From: an uncultured Candidatus Saccharibacteria bacterium
Lineage (GTDB): Bacteria > Patescibacteriota > Minisyncoccia > UBA6257 > 2-01-FULL-56-20
NCBI GenBank assembly: GCA_964365185.1
Contig: CAYIOP010000002.1
Location: 2,684-66,683, forward strand
Direction of reading: 5' to 3'
Length of the DNA stretch: 64,000 nt
The notes under the pieces are model-generated. The model was not told the origin of the DNA. It saw only the letters and a program-made list of their open reading frames with translations, and did not search any database. Positions 32,720 to 43,741 of this stretch are shown in pieces. Made by a program: the position numbers and the translations under genes. How positions within the stretch are numbered: position 1 is the stretch's first letter; the number at the start of each line of letters is the position of its first letter.

Positions 32720-34246
32720 TCACACTTCCTCCCTCAGCCGATAACTAAATGCCTCCGCCAAATGATTCTCTGAAACTTTTTCCTCTCCGCTTAAATCCGC
32801 GATGGTTCTGGCTACTTTTAACAACCGGAAATATCCTCGAGGCGAAAGCCGCGTTTCATCCAAGCTTTTTAAAAACTTTTCCGCGCCGGTCTCAAAATTT
32901 ATCATCTCTTCGGTTTGTTTAGCGCTCATCTCGCCGTTGTTCTTAATTTTAAGTTTTTGAAATCTTTCTTTTTGAATCTCTCTCGCATTCTGGATTTTGG
33001 TTTTGATTTCCGGGCTTGTTGGTTTTAAATTTCTCTTCTCTCGTAATTCCAGAATTTTTATTCTTGGCACTTTAATTTGTAAATCAATCCGGTCGAGTAG
33101 CGGCCCAGAAATCTTTTTTTGATAACGAATCACTTCGTAAGCTGTGCACCGACATTCTTTTTCTTCATCGCCGTAAAATCCGCAAGGACAAGGGTTCATC
33201 GCGGCCACGAGAGAAAACTTAGCCGGGAATTCCAAACTGTTTTTGGCGCGAGAAATTTGCACTCGGCCCGACTCCATTGGTCCGCGCAACGCCTCCAAGA
33301 TATTTTTCGGAAACTCCGGCAGCTCGTCTAAAAAAAGCACGCCTCGATGAGCCAAGCTTATTTCTCCTGGCCTAGGATAGGTTCCGCCGCCAACCACCGC
33401 GATGAGTGATGCGGTCTGATGAGGCGTTCGAAAGGGGCGGGCCTTAATTAACCCTCCGGGATTAAGTCCCGCCGCGCTGTAAATTTTTGTCACCTCAATG
33501 GCTTCCTCATGGGTTAACTCTGGTAAAATACCCACCATCGCTTGAGCCAGCAAGCTCTTGCCCACGCCCGGCGGCCCAATCATCAGCAAGTTATGCCCAC
33601 CAGCTGCCGCCAACGTAATGGCTCGCTTCGCGTTTTCTTGGGATTTAATTTCCGAAAAATCAGTTCCTAAATACTCGGTTTTTGCCTCTGGATTAAAAAT
33701 TGCCGGCTCGATCTTTCTTTTTTCTTCTAAAAATTCAATTGCCTCTGATAAATTATTGAGCGGAATAATTTTTATTCCTGAAACCACCGCCGCTTCGTTG
33801 GCGTTTTCTGCTGGCAAAAAAACATAGTGGCATTTTTTTTCCTTAGCCATCTGAGCAATATTAAGAGCTCCGGCTATTGGCCGCAGCCGGCCGTCGAGCG
33901 CTAATTCACCCAAGAAAATTTTATCTTTTGTTTCAAATCCTTTCATTTGTCCGGTTGAGAGCAGATATCCGAGCGCAATCGCTAAATCATACTGGGAGCC
34001 GGCTTTCTTCACGTCCGCCGGCGCCAAATTCACCGTGATTTTCCTATTTTCTCTGTTTGGCGGCTTAACCCCCGTGTTTTTTAGAGCTGAATTAACTCGC
34101 TCCTTAGCTTCATTTAAGGCCTTGTCTGCTAAGCCCACTATATTAAAAGCATGAAGGCCGACATTTAAGTCGACCTCAATTTCAATCAATCTTGCGTTAA
34201 TGCCTTCTAATTCAGCTGAATAAATCCTCGCTAGATTTTTAAGCAT
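32720..34246 (-). CDS. comM: ComM/YifB Mg-chelatase-like AAA+ helicase
   Basis: ITVNLAPADVKK, GELALDG, GPPGVGKS, GEISLAHRGVLFLDELPEF, AMNPCPCG, SGPLLDRID. Confidence 0.95.
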   Translation of the reverse strand: MLKNLARIYSAELEGINARLIEIEVDLNVGLHAFNIVGLADKALNEAKERVNSALKNTGVKPPNRENRKITVNLAPADVKKAGSQYDLAIALGYLLSTGQMKGFETKDKIFLGELALDGRLRPIAGALNIAQMAKEKKCHYVFLPAENANEAAVVSGIKIIPLNNLSEAIEFLEEKRKIEPAIFNPEAKTEYLGTDFSEIKSQENAKRAITLAAAGGHNLLMIGPPGVGKSLLAQAMVGILPELTHEEAIEVTKIYSAAGLNPGGLIKARPFRTPHQTASLIAVVGGGTYPRPGEISLAHRGVLFLDELPEFPKNILEALRGPMESGRVQISRAKNSLEFPAKFSLVAAMNPCPCGFYGDEEKECRCTAYEVIRYQKKISGPLLDRIDLQIKVPRIKILELREKRNLKPTSPEIKTKIQNAREIQKERFQKLKIKNNGEMSAKQTEEMINFETGAEKFLKSLDETRLSPRGYFRLLKVARTIADLSGEEKVSENHLAEAFSYRLREEV

Positions 34247-34257
34247 TTCCTCCTCTC

Positions 34258-34596
34258 TTATTTACTTGTTTTAAGTTTACACTCTTGGCAAAGCTCTGAT
34301 TCCGGAATTAAATCTAAGATATTTTCCGAAATTTCTCCCTCGCAATTAAGACACTTCCCATAACTTCCACTTTTTATTCGCTTCAGTGCCCCCTCAATTT
34401 CTTGTAGCCGTTTTTTAAGTTCATTGGCTACCGCTATCCTGTTTCCTCTTTCTTCAACTTCATCCGATTCTTCATCTCCGCCTTCTATGTCGCTGCCAAA
34501 ATCAACTCCTTTTTCATCCTCGGCTATTTCTTTCTCTAGTTTTTCTTTCTCCTGCTCCAAAATTATTCTATATTTTTCTGTATTGGTGTTTTTCAT
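34258..34596 (-). CDS. TraR/DksA family C4 zinc-finger protein
   Basis: DESDEV coiled-coil tip; ALKRIKSGSYGKCLNC...LCQEC. Confidence 0.9.
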   Translation of the reverse strand: MKNTNTEKYRIILEQEKEKLEKEIAEDEKGVDFGSDIEGGDEESDEVEERGNRIAVANELKKRLQEIEGALKRIKSGSYGKCLNCEGEISENILDLIPESELCQECKLKTSK

Positions 34597-34642
34597 CAGT
34601 TTAAATCTATCCTACCTCTAGTTTTTTTTCAACCTTTTTTGA

Positions 34643-34760
34643 CGCTGTTAGAAACCCAATTCTCTATAAGGGTTTTGTAAGTAATTTTATGACTTAGGCC
34701 TTTTGGCTAGGAAGAAAATTACTTACAAAACCTGTAATTGTTTTATTTTCCGATCTCTAT
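34643..34760. repeat. Structured element family C, copy 1
   Basis: Perfect 18-bp IR GGTTTTGTAAGTAATTTT / AAAATTACTTACAAAACC (34671-34732) around a 26-nt loop shared with 43804-43829; CGCTGTTAGAAA at the left end. Confidence 0.7.
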
Positions 34761-34777
34761 CACCTGACACCTATTAT

Positions 34778-36436
34778 TTATTTCAAAACTCGAACGGTTT
34801 TTAGGTACCAGTCCTTTACTCCCAAGAAGCGATCAGCTGGTTCTTCAATCGCGTTGCTTAAAACTCCTTTCAGCTCATTTTGAGAGATATAGATATAATC
34901 TTGGGAAAAAAGAAAAATAGCCGGGTAATCTTCTTTAATTAAAGTCGCTACCTCTCTTAAATCCCCCTTCCGTTTTTCCTGATCTGATTCTTCCTGAAGA
35001 TTTTCTATTAGAGAATCCACCTTTGCGTTTTGATACAAAGCTAAGTTTATTCCCGGATCGAATTTTTGCGAAGAATGCCAGAAATAAAATAAATCCCAAT
35101 CTTTGTTTAGCTCATTCCCATAAAGCAACATTTCGTAATCTCTATTTTTGGTAATTTCTTTGCTTAATAAATCTATTGGTTTGCTCATGAGTTCAATTTT
35201 AAATCCTTCTTTCTCCCAAGCCGTTTTTAAAATCTCGGCGGCTTTCGTTAAAAACGGAATCTCCGGCACGGTTAAACTGATAACGAGAGGTCGCCTTTCT
35301 TTACCAAAAGTTTTATATCTCACCTCCGATTGAAGATTTTCATCTTCTTTTGGAAAAAACCAGCCAGCCTGTTCTAAGATATCGCTGGCTTTTGACTCAC
35401 CGACGGATTCCAAAATTGGAGTCTTGAAGTTATTAAAATTATAAGGCAGGGGACTCACGCGAATCTCGCCTCTGCCAGCCAATATCTCGGTTAATATTTT
35501 TTGTTTTGGAGTCGATACTTCCAAAGATTTTCTAATCGCTTTTTCTCCCAAGGTTTCGTTGCGGCTTTGATTTATAAAAACTGCGTAATAACCGGGGGAT
35601 TTAAATTTAATCTCTTGATTGGGACGTTTAATCTCGGCGAGCTCCTCCGGTTCTAGGCCGCCAAAGCCGTCAATCACTCCTCGATTAAAGGCCTGAATTA
35701 ATCCTTCTCGATCTCGAAAAAATTTAAAAGTAAAATTTTCAATTAGAGCTTCACTGTTGTAATTTTCATTGATTCCCAGCTGGTAATCGCTGATAAAACC
35801 ATCTCGGCCCTTTTTAAAGTTAATCAATTTAAAAACTCCACTTCCGATCGGGCTTAAATTATAATCCGAGATTCTCCAGTTTAAAGTCGGCACGTCTCCG
35901 AAGATATGCTTCGGCAAGATATAAAGATCTTCTAAGTTTTTAAAAAAAGTCGTTGCGGCTTGCCCCGACTTTATCTGAATCTCCAATTCACTTAACCGTT
36001 TTATGAGAACGTCCTGAAATTTATAATAAAGCGGCGAACGAGCATCTTGGTCTTGGATTCTTTGAATAGTAAAAATAATATCATCGCTCGTAAGTTTTTC
36101 GCCATCCGACCATTTTACCCCCTCTTTTATTCTCACCTTCCAATCCTCGTTTTCCAATCTCTCAATTTTATCGGCCACATCTCCCAAGCGGCTGAAAATC
36201 AATCGCACCAAACTCTTGTCAATTTCACTAGTTGCGAGAATAGGATTTATTAAAGTTGGCTGCCCCACAGCCCCTTCAATGTATTCTCCGCCGGCCACTG
36301 GCATCGCCCACGTCGATTTTTTAACCAGCATAATTCCCAGTCCTAAAATTGTCACTAAAGCCGTCACGCCCGCTCCGATCAGTATTTTTTTCTCTCTTTG
36401 GGTTAAAGAAGAATATATTTGTTTAAACTTTTGCAT
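34778..36436 (-). CDS. ABC transporter substrate-binding protein, family 5 (OppA/DppA-like)
   Basis: GGEYIEG, WSDGEKLTSDDIIFT, PIGSGVFKL, FWHSSQ, PAIFLF. Confidence 0.9.
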   Translation of the reverse strand: MQKFKQIYSSLTQREKKILIGAGVTALVTILGLGIMLVKKSTWAMPVAGGEYIEGAVGQPTLINPILATSEIDKSLVRLIFSRLGDVADKIERLENEDWKVRIKEGVKWSDGEKLTSDDIIFTIQRIQDQDARSPLYYKFQDVLIKRLSELEIQIKSGQAATTFFKNLEDLYILPKHIFGDVPTLNWRISDYNLSPIGSGVFKLINFKKGRDGFISDYQLGINENYNSEALIENFTFKFFRDREGLIQAFNRGVIDGFGGLEPEELAEIKRPNQEIKFKSPGYYAVFINQSRNETLGEKAIRKSLEVSTPKQKILTEILAGRGEIRVSPLPYNFNNFKTPILESVGESKASDILEQAGWFFPKEDENLQSEVRYKTFGKERRPLVISLTVPEIPFLTKAAEILKTAWEKEGFKIELMSKPIDLLSKEITKNRDYEMLLYGNELNKDWDLFYFWHSSQKFDPGINLALYQNAKVDSLIENLQEESDQEKRKGDLREVATLIKEDYPAIFLFSQDYIYISQNELKGVLSNAIEEPADRFLGVKDWYLKTVRVLK

Positions 36437-36504
36437 GTTTAATTTATATAAACTAAATATCGCTCATGTCATTTTTAAGCGAGCTGACCAATTCTAACTT
36501 TAAC

Positions 36505-36717
36505 TTAATTCAAAAATTGAAAAATCGCTAACCCAACAAAAACAACCGCTAAGAAAATTGTGCCTCGAAAAATAGTTTTCTCAAGCCCCCTTCGCGCGTG
36601 GTAATAACCTCCTTCTCCGCCGCCAAAAATGCCAGAAAGGCCAGCCGAACGTTCCTGGAGTAAAATTAAAACTACCAACACGACCGCGACTACGATTTGA
36701 ATAATTGAAATTATCAC
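36505..36717 (-). CDS. secG: Preprotein translocase subunit SecG
   Basis: LILLQERSAGLSGIFGG...RRGLEK; probable start is GTG. Confidence 0.92.
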   Translation of the reverse strand: MIISIIQIVVAVVLVVLILLQERSAGLSGIFGGGEGGYYHARRGLEKTIFRGTIFLAVVFVGLAIFQFLN

Positions 36718-37073
36718 GTTCTTTTTTTGAAAAATAAATGAATTAAGAAATTGGCAATTCCCAAAATAATAGCGGCGTAAAAGATAGTGAGAACCCCATC
36801 AATATTAAGGTTATTTGCTAAGCTGTCAAGAATATAAAGGAGTAGCATATTCACTAAAATTAAACCTAAACCCAGAGTCAAAATAATAAGTGGTCCTAAA
36901 ATCAACTTAAAAATCGGCTTCAAAATAAAGTTAAGCAAGGTAAAAACTAAAGCTACTAAAACCGTTTTCTCGAATCCGCCCGACAAGCTGAATTTCGGCA
37001 AGTATTGGGACATTAAGGTAAATACCCCAGCATTCACTAAGGTCGCAACGATTATTTTTATCAGCCAATGCAT
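36714..37073 (-). CDS. Four-TM 'phage holin family' (DUF360/YvlD-like) membrane protein
   Basis: LLNFILKPIFKLILGPLIILTLGL...VN motif. Confidence 0.85.
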   Translation of the reverse strand: MHWLIKIIVATLVNAGVFTLMSQYLPKFSLSGGFEKTVLVALVFTLLNFILKPIFKLILGPLIILTLGLGLILVNMLLLYILDSLANNLNIDGVLTIFYAAIILGIANFLIHLFFKKRT

Positions 37074-37092
37074 CTTTATAATATTCTACTAT

Positions 37093-38622
37093 TTAAATTA
37101 TTTCTCTCAAAAGGCTTCTGCCGGTCATCTCATCCGGCTTATTAACACCCATTAATTCCAAAATTGTCGGTGCCACATCCGAGAGCACTCCGATTGTCTC
37201 CGAATTAAAGCTTTGCCAATTAATAAACCTTTTATTTTTAAATTCTTTAGCCACTAAATAAAAAGGCACCGGGTTGGGGTCATGTTGGGTCTCTGCTTCG
37301 CCCGTCAAAGGGTTCATCATTTGTTCCACATTGCCATGGTCTGAAGTAATAATAATTGTTGACTCTGTTTGAATCCCGGTTTTAATCACTCTCCCAATTT
37401 GAGTGTCGATAATTTTTACCGCTTCCAAAGCCGCTTGGTAATTACCAGTATGGCCAATAGTGTCTGGGTTAGCATAGTTGGCTAAAATAAAATCAAAACC
37501 TCTGGCTTCAAGCGATTGAATTATGCGGTCAGTGATTTCTCCAGCCCTTAACTCTGGGTGTTCATCAACGTGCGGCACTTTAATTGAAGGAATAAAAACC
37601 CGGTATTCTTTTGGAAAAGGTTGTTCTATGTAGCCGTTAAAAAAATAAGTTACGTGAGCGTACTTGTAACTCTCGGAAATTCGAAGTTGGGTTTTGTCTG
37701 CCTCGCTCAAAATTCTACCTAAGGGATATTTAATGTCTTCCGGTGGAAACGCCACCGGCACATCAAATTGGTCTTCATATTTAGTCATGGTGGCGATATA
37801 AAAATTCTGGAATTTTTGAGTCGGGAATTTATCAAAATCTTTTAAAATAAACGATTCGCTTATCTGCCGAATGCTATCTTCTCTAAAGTTGAAGAAAATT
37901 ATTGATTCTCCGTCTTTAATTTGGCCATCTTTTTTGAGCGCTAAAGGCGGCAGAAATTCTTCATTTAATTTTTTTTGATAGGTTTCCTGAATAATCGGAC
38001 TCACCTCTTCTGTGATTTCTCGAGCGGGCGAGACCATCGTTTCATAAGCCCTCTCGGTGAGTTTCCAGTTTTTTTCCCTATCCATTGCGTAATAACGGCC
38101 CACTAAAGTCGATAATTTTTCTTTTGGAATTTTATCCAGCGCTTTTTCCAGCCGGAAAGGAGTGGCATCTTTGCCGTCCGAAAAAAGATGGAGCTTAACT
38201 TCCACTCCTTCCTGTTCTCCCATCCGAATTAAAGCCAAGAGGTGATCTAGGGATGAGTGCACTGTCCCTTCGGTTAAAAGTCCAATCAAGTTAACTGCTG
38301 ATTGGTTTTTTTTGGCAAAATCAAAAGCTCCTTTTAAAGCCGGGTTTTTAAAAAAACCTTCATCTTTAATAGAGATAGAAATTCTCGGAAAATATTGATA
38401 AATTACCTTACCAGACCCAATCGTCAAATGTCCCACCTCGCTATTGCCGATTTCTCCCCAAGGTAAACCGACGCTGATTCCCGAGGCCTGCAAACTGGTA
38501 ACCGGAAAGTTTTCCTCGAGCCACCTAAAGGTTTCTGGTTTAACCACGTGAATAGGATTGGATTGGTTTTTCTGCCCTAAGCCCCAACCATCAAGAATGA
38601 TGAGCAAAACAGTTTTTTTCAT
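37093..38622 (-). CDS. gpmI: 2,3-BPG-independent phosphoglycerate mutase
   Basis: LIILDGWG, GNSEVGH, GRYYAMDR, KYAHVTYFFNG, ANPDTIGHTG, ITSDHGN. Confidence 0.97.
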   Translation of the reverse strand: MKKTVLLIILDGWGLGQKNQSNPIHVVKPETFRWLEENFPVTSLQASGISVGLPWGEIGNSEVGHLTIGSGKVIYQYFPRISISIKDEGFFKNPALKGAFDFAKKNQSAVNLIGLLTEGTVHSSLDHLLALIRMGEQEGVEVKLHLFSDGKDATPFRLEKALDKIPKEKLSTLVGRYYAMDREKNWKLTERAYETMVSPAREITEEVSPIIQETYQKKLNEEFLPPLALKKDGQIKDGESIIFFNFREDSIRQISESFILKDFDKFPTQKFQNFYIATMTKYEDQFDVPVAFPPEDIKYPLGRILSEADKTQLRISESYKYAHVTYFFNGYIEQPFPKEYRVFIPSIKVPHVDEHPELRAGEITDRIIQSLEARGFDFILANYANPDTIGHTGNYQAALEAVKIIDTQIGRVIKTGIQTESTIIITSDHGNVEQMMNPLTGEAETQHDPNPVPFYLVAKEFKNKRFINWQSFNSETIGVLSDVAPTILELMGVNKPDEMTGRSLLREII

Positions 38623-38665
38623 GTATTTTGTGAGTAACTCTAATTTTAAAAGATTTTTGGCCGGT

Positions 38666-38693
38666 TGACTAACTTTAAAATCAGCCCTATACT
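38666..38693 (+). promoter_or_regulatory. Promoter of rny with ~210-nt leader
   Basis: TTGACT, 16-nt spacer, TATACT upstream of ATG 38909. Confidence 0.55.
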
Positions 38694-38908
38694 TTATAGG
38701 TTCCTTTTAAGCGATTTTAATTTCCAGATTGAAGAATGACGGTTAATTCTAGCTTTATTAAATTCTTGAAAAAGCAATAATTCCCTCTTTATTATCAGGG
38801 CGCTTTTTACGTTTAAAAGGTGACACTAACTAAAAAGTCACAAATTTTTTATTCCTAAAAAATTCAAACACTTATCTAAGTTAATGAAGAATTTAGGGAA
38901 TTTATTAC

Positions 38909-40435
38909 ATGTCCGAATTCTTACCCCTTCTTATCGGGGGCGCCTTGGTTCTAGGAGGAGCGGCGGGTTATTTTATTCGCCACATCTTTTTTGCTCGTAA
39001 ATCAAGTTCTATCGAGCATAAAATTATCTCTAAACTTGGAGAAGCCGAAGAGCGGTCAAAAAAAATTATTTTAGAAGCCGAAAGTAAGGCCGTCGATCTT
39101 TTAGGCGACGTTCGGCGTGAAGGTCGCGAACAAAAAACTAAACTTGATAGTTTAGAAGAAAGGATTTTGCACCGAGAGGAAATTTTAGACAAAAAATTAG
39201 TTGCCCTAAGCAACGACGAAAATTCTTTAAAAGCTCAAAAAGAAGAAATCAAGAAAAAAGAATTAGAAATTGAGAATGTCAAAAACGATTTGGAAAGTCA
39301 ACTTGAGAAAACTAGCGGCCTAACTCGAGATGAAGCCCTTAAGCTTTTAACTGGAGAAATTAAAGAAAAATATAGCCGTGATTTAGCCGATTCCATTCAA
39401 AAACTAGAAAAAGAACGAAAAGAAGAAATCGAAAAGAAATCCAGCGAGATTATCGCTTCGAGCTTGGAACGCTATGCCCGATCTCAGGTGGCCGAACTCA
39501 CCACCACCTCTTTTTCTTTGGCGGACGAAGAATTAAAAGGAAAAATTATTGGTCGGGAAGGCAGAAATATCCGAGCGCTCGAAAGAGCCACCGGCGTTGA
39601 ATTTGTAATTGATGAAACTCCAGATAGTGTGGTGATTTCTTCTTTCGATCCCATTCGAAGAGAGGTTGCTCGCATGGCTCTTGAAAAACTAATCAAAGAT
39701 GGCCGCATTCAACCCGCTAAAATTGAAGAAAAAGTTGAAGAAGCCAAACAAGAACTTAATAAACGCATTATGGAAATTGGCGAATCCGCCACTCAGGAAG
39801 TTGGTATCTATGATTTACCCAAAGAAATTATCCAGCTTTTAGGTCGCCTGCATTTTAGAACTAGTTATGGCCAAAACGTCCTCCTCCATTCTATAGAAAT
39901 GTCTTATCTAGCCGGCATGATGGCCTCTGAACTGGGTTTAAATGTAGAAGTCGCTAAAAAAGGCGCCCTGCTTCACGATATAGGCAAAGCTATTGACCAC
40001 GAAGTTGAGGGCACTCACATTGAACTTGGCCGTAAAATTTTGAAAAAATACGGCGTTAACGACTTAGTGATTCAAGCTATGCAATCGCATCATGAAGATT
40101 ATCCCTACGCGATTCCCGAAGCGTACTTAGTCACCACTGCTGATGTTTTGTCGGGCGCGAGGCCTGGCGCCAGGCGTGATTCTCTTGAACATTATATTAA
40201 ACGTCTCGGTGACTTGGAAAAAATTGCCTCTGAATTTCCGGGTGTCAAAACCTCTTACGCTGTTTCCGCTGGTCGGGAACTTAGGGTTTTTGTTGTTCCG
40301 GAAAAAATAGATGACTTTCGGGCGTTGGAGATGGCTCGAGAAATTGCCAATAAGATTCAATCTGAGTTAAAATATCCTGGTGAGATTAAAGTCGTGGTGA
40401 TTCGCGAAATGAGAGCGGTTGAGTATGCCAAGTAA
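38909..40435 (+). CDS. rny: Ribonuclease Y
   Basis: N-terminal TM, coiled coil, KH domain KGKIIGREGRNIR, HD domain LLHDIGKA, SGARPGAR. Confidence 0.98.
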   Translation: MSEFLPLLIGGALVLGGAAGYFIRHIFFARKSSSIEHKIISKLGEAEERSKKIILEAESKAVDLLGDVRREGREQKTKLDSLEERILHREEILDKKLVALSNDENSLKAQKEEIKKKELEIENVKNDLESQLEKTSGLTRDEALKLLTGEIKEKYSRDLADSIQKLEKERKEEIEKKSSEIIASSLERYARSQVAELTTTSFSLADEELKGKIIGREGRNIRALERATGVEFVIDETPDSVVISSFDPIRREVARMALEKLIKDGRIQPAKIEEKVEEAKQELNKRIMEIGESATQEVGIYDLPKEIIQLLGRLHFRTSYGQNVLLHSIEMSYLAGMMASELGLNVEVAKKGALLHDIGKAIDHEVEGTHIELGRKILKKYGVNDLVIQAMQSHHEDYPYAIPEAYLVTTADVLSGARPGARRDSLEHYIKRLGDLEKIASEFPGVKTSYAVSAGRELRVFVVPEKIDDFRALEMAREIANKIQSELKYPGEIKVVVIREMRAVEYAK

Positions 40436-40526
40436 TTAGATTATAGGTGATAGGTTTTAGAATTTTGGCGCTAAAAAGCAAAATAGTGGAATTTTTCTAA
40501 CACCTAACATCTAACACCTAACCTCT

Positions 40527-41930
40527 ATGTTCCTAAAACTCTCCAAATTTTTTATTTATCTTTCTGTTTTTAGCGTCGTTATTGTTTTGACCTCGACTTT
40601 CTTTCCGTTTATCGGTGGCAAGTATTATTTTTTCCGCGTTTGCGTTGAATTAGCTCTTATTTTCTTTTTACTGTTTTGGGCTTTTGAGGCTCAAGGAAGA
40701 GAAATTCTAGACCGGTTCCGTAAGATTTCTCGAGAGCCACTTTTTATCGCCACCTCCCTTTTTGTTTTGTTTTATCTCTTAGCTTCAATTTTTGCCTATA
40801 ATTCTCACGCTGCTTTCTGGTCCAATTATGAGCGAGGCGAAGGAGGGTTTCAAATGTTCCATTATTACATTTTTTTTGTTTTATTACTTTTGATTCTTAA
40901 AGAACCAAAAGAATGGAAAAATCTTTTTATTTCTTCGGTCGTGGCAGCCGTTTCAATGATCGGCTACGGCCTCTTAGCCAATCTTGGTCTTGTTTCCCAG
41001 TTTATTGATCCATTCATGGGGGAACCTCCTTCCGGGTTTTTAAAACGACTCATTCAGCCCCGATTTCAAGGTTCTTTGGGCAATCCCGCTTATGTCGCCC
41101 CTTATTTAATGTTTGCTATGTTCTATGGCGCCTATCTTTGGATAAGCTCTAAGTGGCGAAAAAATTGGCGACGACATTTATTTTTTGGGGCTCTTATTCT
41201 TTTTTTCTTATCCTTTCTTATACTGTCTCAAACCCGAGGAGCTTTTTTAGGATTAGCCATCGCTATTTTGATTGGGCTAATTTATCTTATCATTAGTTTT
41301 CCGGCCATTAGGAAAAAAACTCTTATAATTCTAGCTGTTTTAATTTTTATTGGAGGCCTTTTAATTGGTTCTCGCCATAATTCTTTTGTTAAAAATCTTC
41401 CTGGCGGGCGATTTTTTGAAATCTTTGATCTCGGTGTTAAAACTGATACGGTTCAAACCCGTTTTTGGACTTGGGGCTCGGCTTGGGCCAGTTTTAAGGA
41501 ACGCCCAATTTTGGGTTGGGGTCCTGAAAATTTTAGTGCGGCTTTTGATAAGTATTTTGATATCCGCCATTATTCTCCAGGCAAAAATTCCGAAACGTGG
41601 TTCGACCGAGCTCACAGCGTTATCTTTGATTACTTAGCTGAAACCGGACTTTTAGGATTTTTAAGCTACCTGAGCATTTTTGTAATTTTCTACTGGAGAG
41701 TTTTTTCTCGCCCCAAAAATAAATCTGAAATGAGAGCTAACTCTCTAGAGCCATCAGGCGATTTAAATTTTAGAAATAATTTTCTTCTTCAAACTCTTTT
41801 CGTTATCCTTCCGATTGGTTATTTGGTTCAAGGCCTAGTTCTTTTCGATGTCTTACCAATTTATGTAAACCTTTTTATCTTTTTAGCGTTCAGCGTTTAC
41901 TTATTTACTTTCTATGAATCAAAATCTTAA
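40527..41930 (+). CDS. O-antigen ligase / O-oligosaccharyltransferase family (Wzy_C) protein
   Basis: Multiple TM; GSLGNP, SQTRGA, RPILGWGPENF, DRAHS...ETGLLG. Confidence 0.9.
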   Translation: MFLKLSKFFIYLSVFSVVIVLTSTFFPFIGGKYYFFRVCVELALIFFLLFWAFEAQGREILDRFRKISREPLFIATSLFVLFYLLASIFAYNSHAAFWSNYERGEGGFQMFHYYIFFVLLLLILKEPKEWKNLFISSVVAAVSMIGYGLLANLGLVSQFIDPFMGEPPSGFLKRLIQPRFQGSLGNPAYVAPYLMFAMFYGAYLWISSKWRKNWRRHLFFGALILFFLSFLILSQTRGAFLGLAIAILIGLIYLIISFPAIRKKTLIILAVLIFIGGLLIGSRHNSFVKNLPGGRFFEIFDLGVKTDTVQTRFWTWGSAWASFKERPILGWGPENFSAAFDKYFDIRHYSPGKNSETWFDRAHSVIFDYLAETGLLGFLSYLSIFVIFYWRVFSRPKNKSEMRANSLEPSGDLNFRNNFLLQTLFVILPIGYLVQGLVLFDVLPIYVNLFIFLAFSVYLFTFYESKS

Positions 41931-42543
41931 AAAAATCATCGCTATTGTTGCCGGCCTTATTCTTGTTTTTGTCGCTTATTTTGGCAGTTACTTGCCGCTT
42001 CAGAAATCTCATCTTTTTATTAAAACCATGAGAAACCTAAGCCAAATAAATTCTCTTCAAGAGTTTGAAGAAGCAATGTCAACTGTTCTTGAATTTAATT
42101 CGCCGATTGGGCAAGAAGAACTGCTACGTCAGTTTGCCAGCACGATTATCGATGTTATCAATCAACCCAACACCCCCCCCGAAGTTGTAAAAGAACTTAT
42201 TACCTATCTTAATAAATATTATGAACCTATTATTCAAAGTGGCAGTGGCATGAGTTTTAATCAAAATCTTTATGTTTTAGGTACTCTAAATGAGATCGCT
42301 GCCTTAAAAACCCAGAATCCAGAATTTTTATCTGCTGCCAAAACCTATTATCTTAAAAGTTATGAGATTGGCCCAAAACGTCCCCAAGCTTTGTTTGGTC
42401 TTTTTGATATCTATCGGATTGAAGGAAATGTTGAAGAGGTAAAGAAAATCCACGAACAAATTCTTACTCAGTGGCCAGGCGAGAAAAAAACCAAGCAGGC
42501 CTTTGAAGAATTTCTTAGTAAAGTTTCATCTAGTAATCAATAA
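41914..42543 (+). CDS. TM-anchored TPR-like protein, probably the split C-terminal part of the ligase
   Basis: AKTYYLKSYEIGPKRPQALFGL TPR-like helix; overlaps the ligase stop codon. Confidence 0.65.
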   Translation: MNQNLKKIIAIVAGLILVFVAYFGSYLPLQKSHLFIKTMRNLSQINSLQEFEEAMSTVLEFNSPIGQEELLRQFASTIIDVINQPNTPPEVVKELITYLNKYYEPIIQSGSGMSFNQNLYVLGTLNEIAALKTQNPEFLSAAKTYYLKSYEIGPKRPQALFGLFDIYRIEGNVEEVKKIHEQILTQWPGEKKTKQAFEEFLSKVSSSNQ

Positions 42544-42676
42544 AAAAAATATTAGGTTTGGCGAAAATGTATCTTTTATCCTCTCGTTTTTTATTGTGTC
42601 ATTTTGCTATCGCATCGAATTTTATGGCAGCGCGTTTTGCCTTGACTTTAAAGCGGTATAGTGATAAAAATTTACC

Positions 42677-43699
42677 ATGCCAAAAGCGATTATAACCGGC
42701 ATCACTGGTCAAGACGGCTCTTACTTAGCCGAGCTTTTACTCTCTAAGGGCTACGAGGTTCATGGTATTATTCGCCGGGCTTCTTCATTTAACACCGGGC
42801 GGATCGATCACATCTATCAAGACCCCCACGAAAAAAATCGCCGGCTCTTTCTTCACTATGGCGATCTTTCTGATGCCAACACAATTCGTCGCCTAATTTA
42901 TAAAGTGGAGCCAGATGAAATCTATAACCTCGGTGCTCAATCTCATGTTCGGGTCAGCTTCGATGTTGCTGAATACACAGTCAATATTGTTGGCGTTGGC
43001 ACACTCCGATTGCTTGAAGCTATTAAAGATTATGAAGAACACGCCGGCAAAAAGGTAAAATTTTATCAGGCCTCATCTTCCGAAATGTTTGGCTCGACCC
43101 CTCCTCCTCAAAATGAAACTACTCCGTTTTATCCGCGAAGCCCGTATGCTTGCGCCAAGGTCTTCGCCTATCACACTACCCGTAATTATCGCGAAGCTCA
43201 TAGCATTTTTGCAGTTAACGGTATTCTCTTTAATCACGAATCAGAACGCCGAGGAGAGACATTTGTAACTAGAAAAATTACCCGTGGTATCGCGAGAATT
43301 TTGGCCGGACTCGACAAAAAACTTTATCTTGGAAATCTTGATGCGCGTCGCGACTGGGGCTACGCTCCTGAATATGTCGAAGCTATGTGGCTGATGCTTC
43401 AACAGCCGACCCCAGAAGATTACGTGATCGGTACTGGCGAAAGTCATAGCGTCAAAGAATTTGCTGAGACCTCTTTTAATTTAGCGGGTCTAAATTGGCA
43501 AGACTACATCGAAATTGATCCTAAATACTACCGTCCGACCGAAGTTGAAAATTTAGTAGCTGATACCACTAAAGCCAAAACCAAACTTGGTTGGGAAGTT
43601 AAAACACATTTTGATAACTTGGTTAAAATAATGTTAAGGCATGATCTTTTGTATCACGGCCTCAAAGAGGCTGCCGATAAAATTAATCTTGAGAGCTAG
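42677..43699 (+). CDS. gmd: GDP-mannose 4,6-dehydratase
   Basis: [50 protein letters not shown]. Confidence 0.98.
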   Translation: MPKAIITGITGQDGSYLAELLLSKGYEVHGIIRRASSFNTGRIDHIYQDPHEKNRRLFLHYGDLSDANTIRRLIYKVEPDEIYNLGAQSHVRVSFDVAEYTVNIVGVGTLRLLEAIKDYEEHAGKKVKFYQASSSEMFGSTPPPQNETTPFYPRSPYACAKVFAYHTTRNYREAHSIFAVNGILFNHESERRGETFVTRKITRGIARILAGLDKKLYLGNLDARRDWGYAPEYVEAMWLMLQQPTPEDYVIGTGESHSVKEFAETSFNLAGLNWQDYIEIDPKYYRPTEVENLVADTTKAKTKLGWEVKTHFDNLVKIMLRHDLLYHGLKEAADKINLES

Positions 43700-43741
43700 A
43701 AGAGCTTACAGCTTTTCTGTCGAGTAAAAAATCAATCCGGA

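Noticed and set aside
36714-37073. Prophage, suggested by the holin-family gene and the lysozyme-like gene
   Set aside because: This family is a common chromosomal membrane protein, here between secG and gpmI; no phage structural or integrase genes are present.
38694-38908. Riboswitch in the long rny leader
   Set aside because: AT-rich with no recognisable aptamer consensus or convincing stems by eye.
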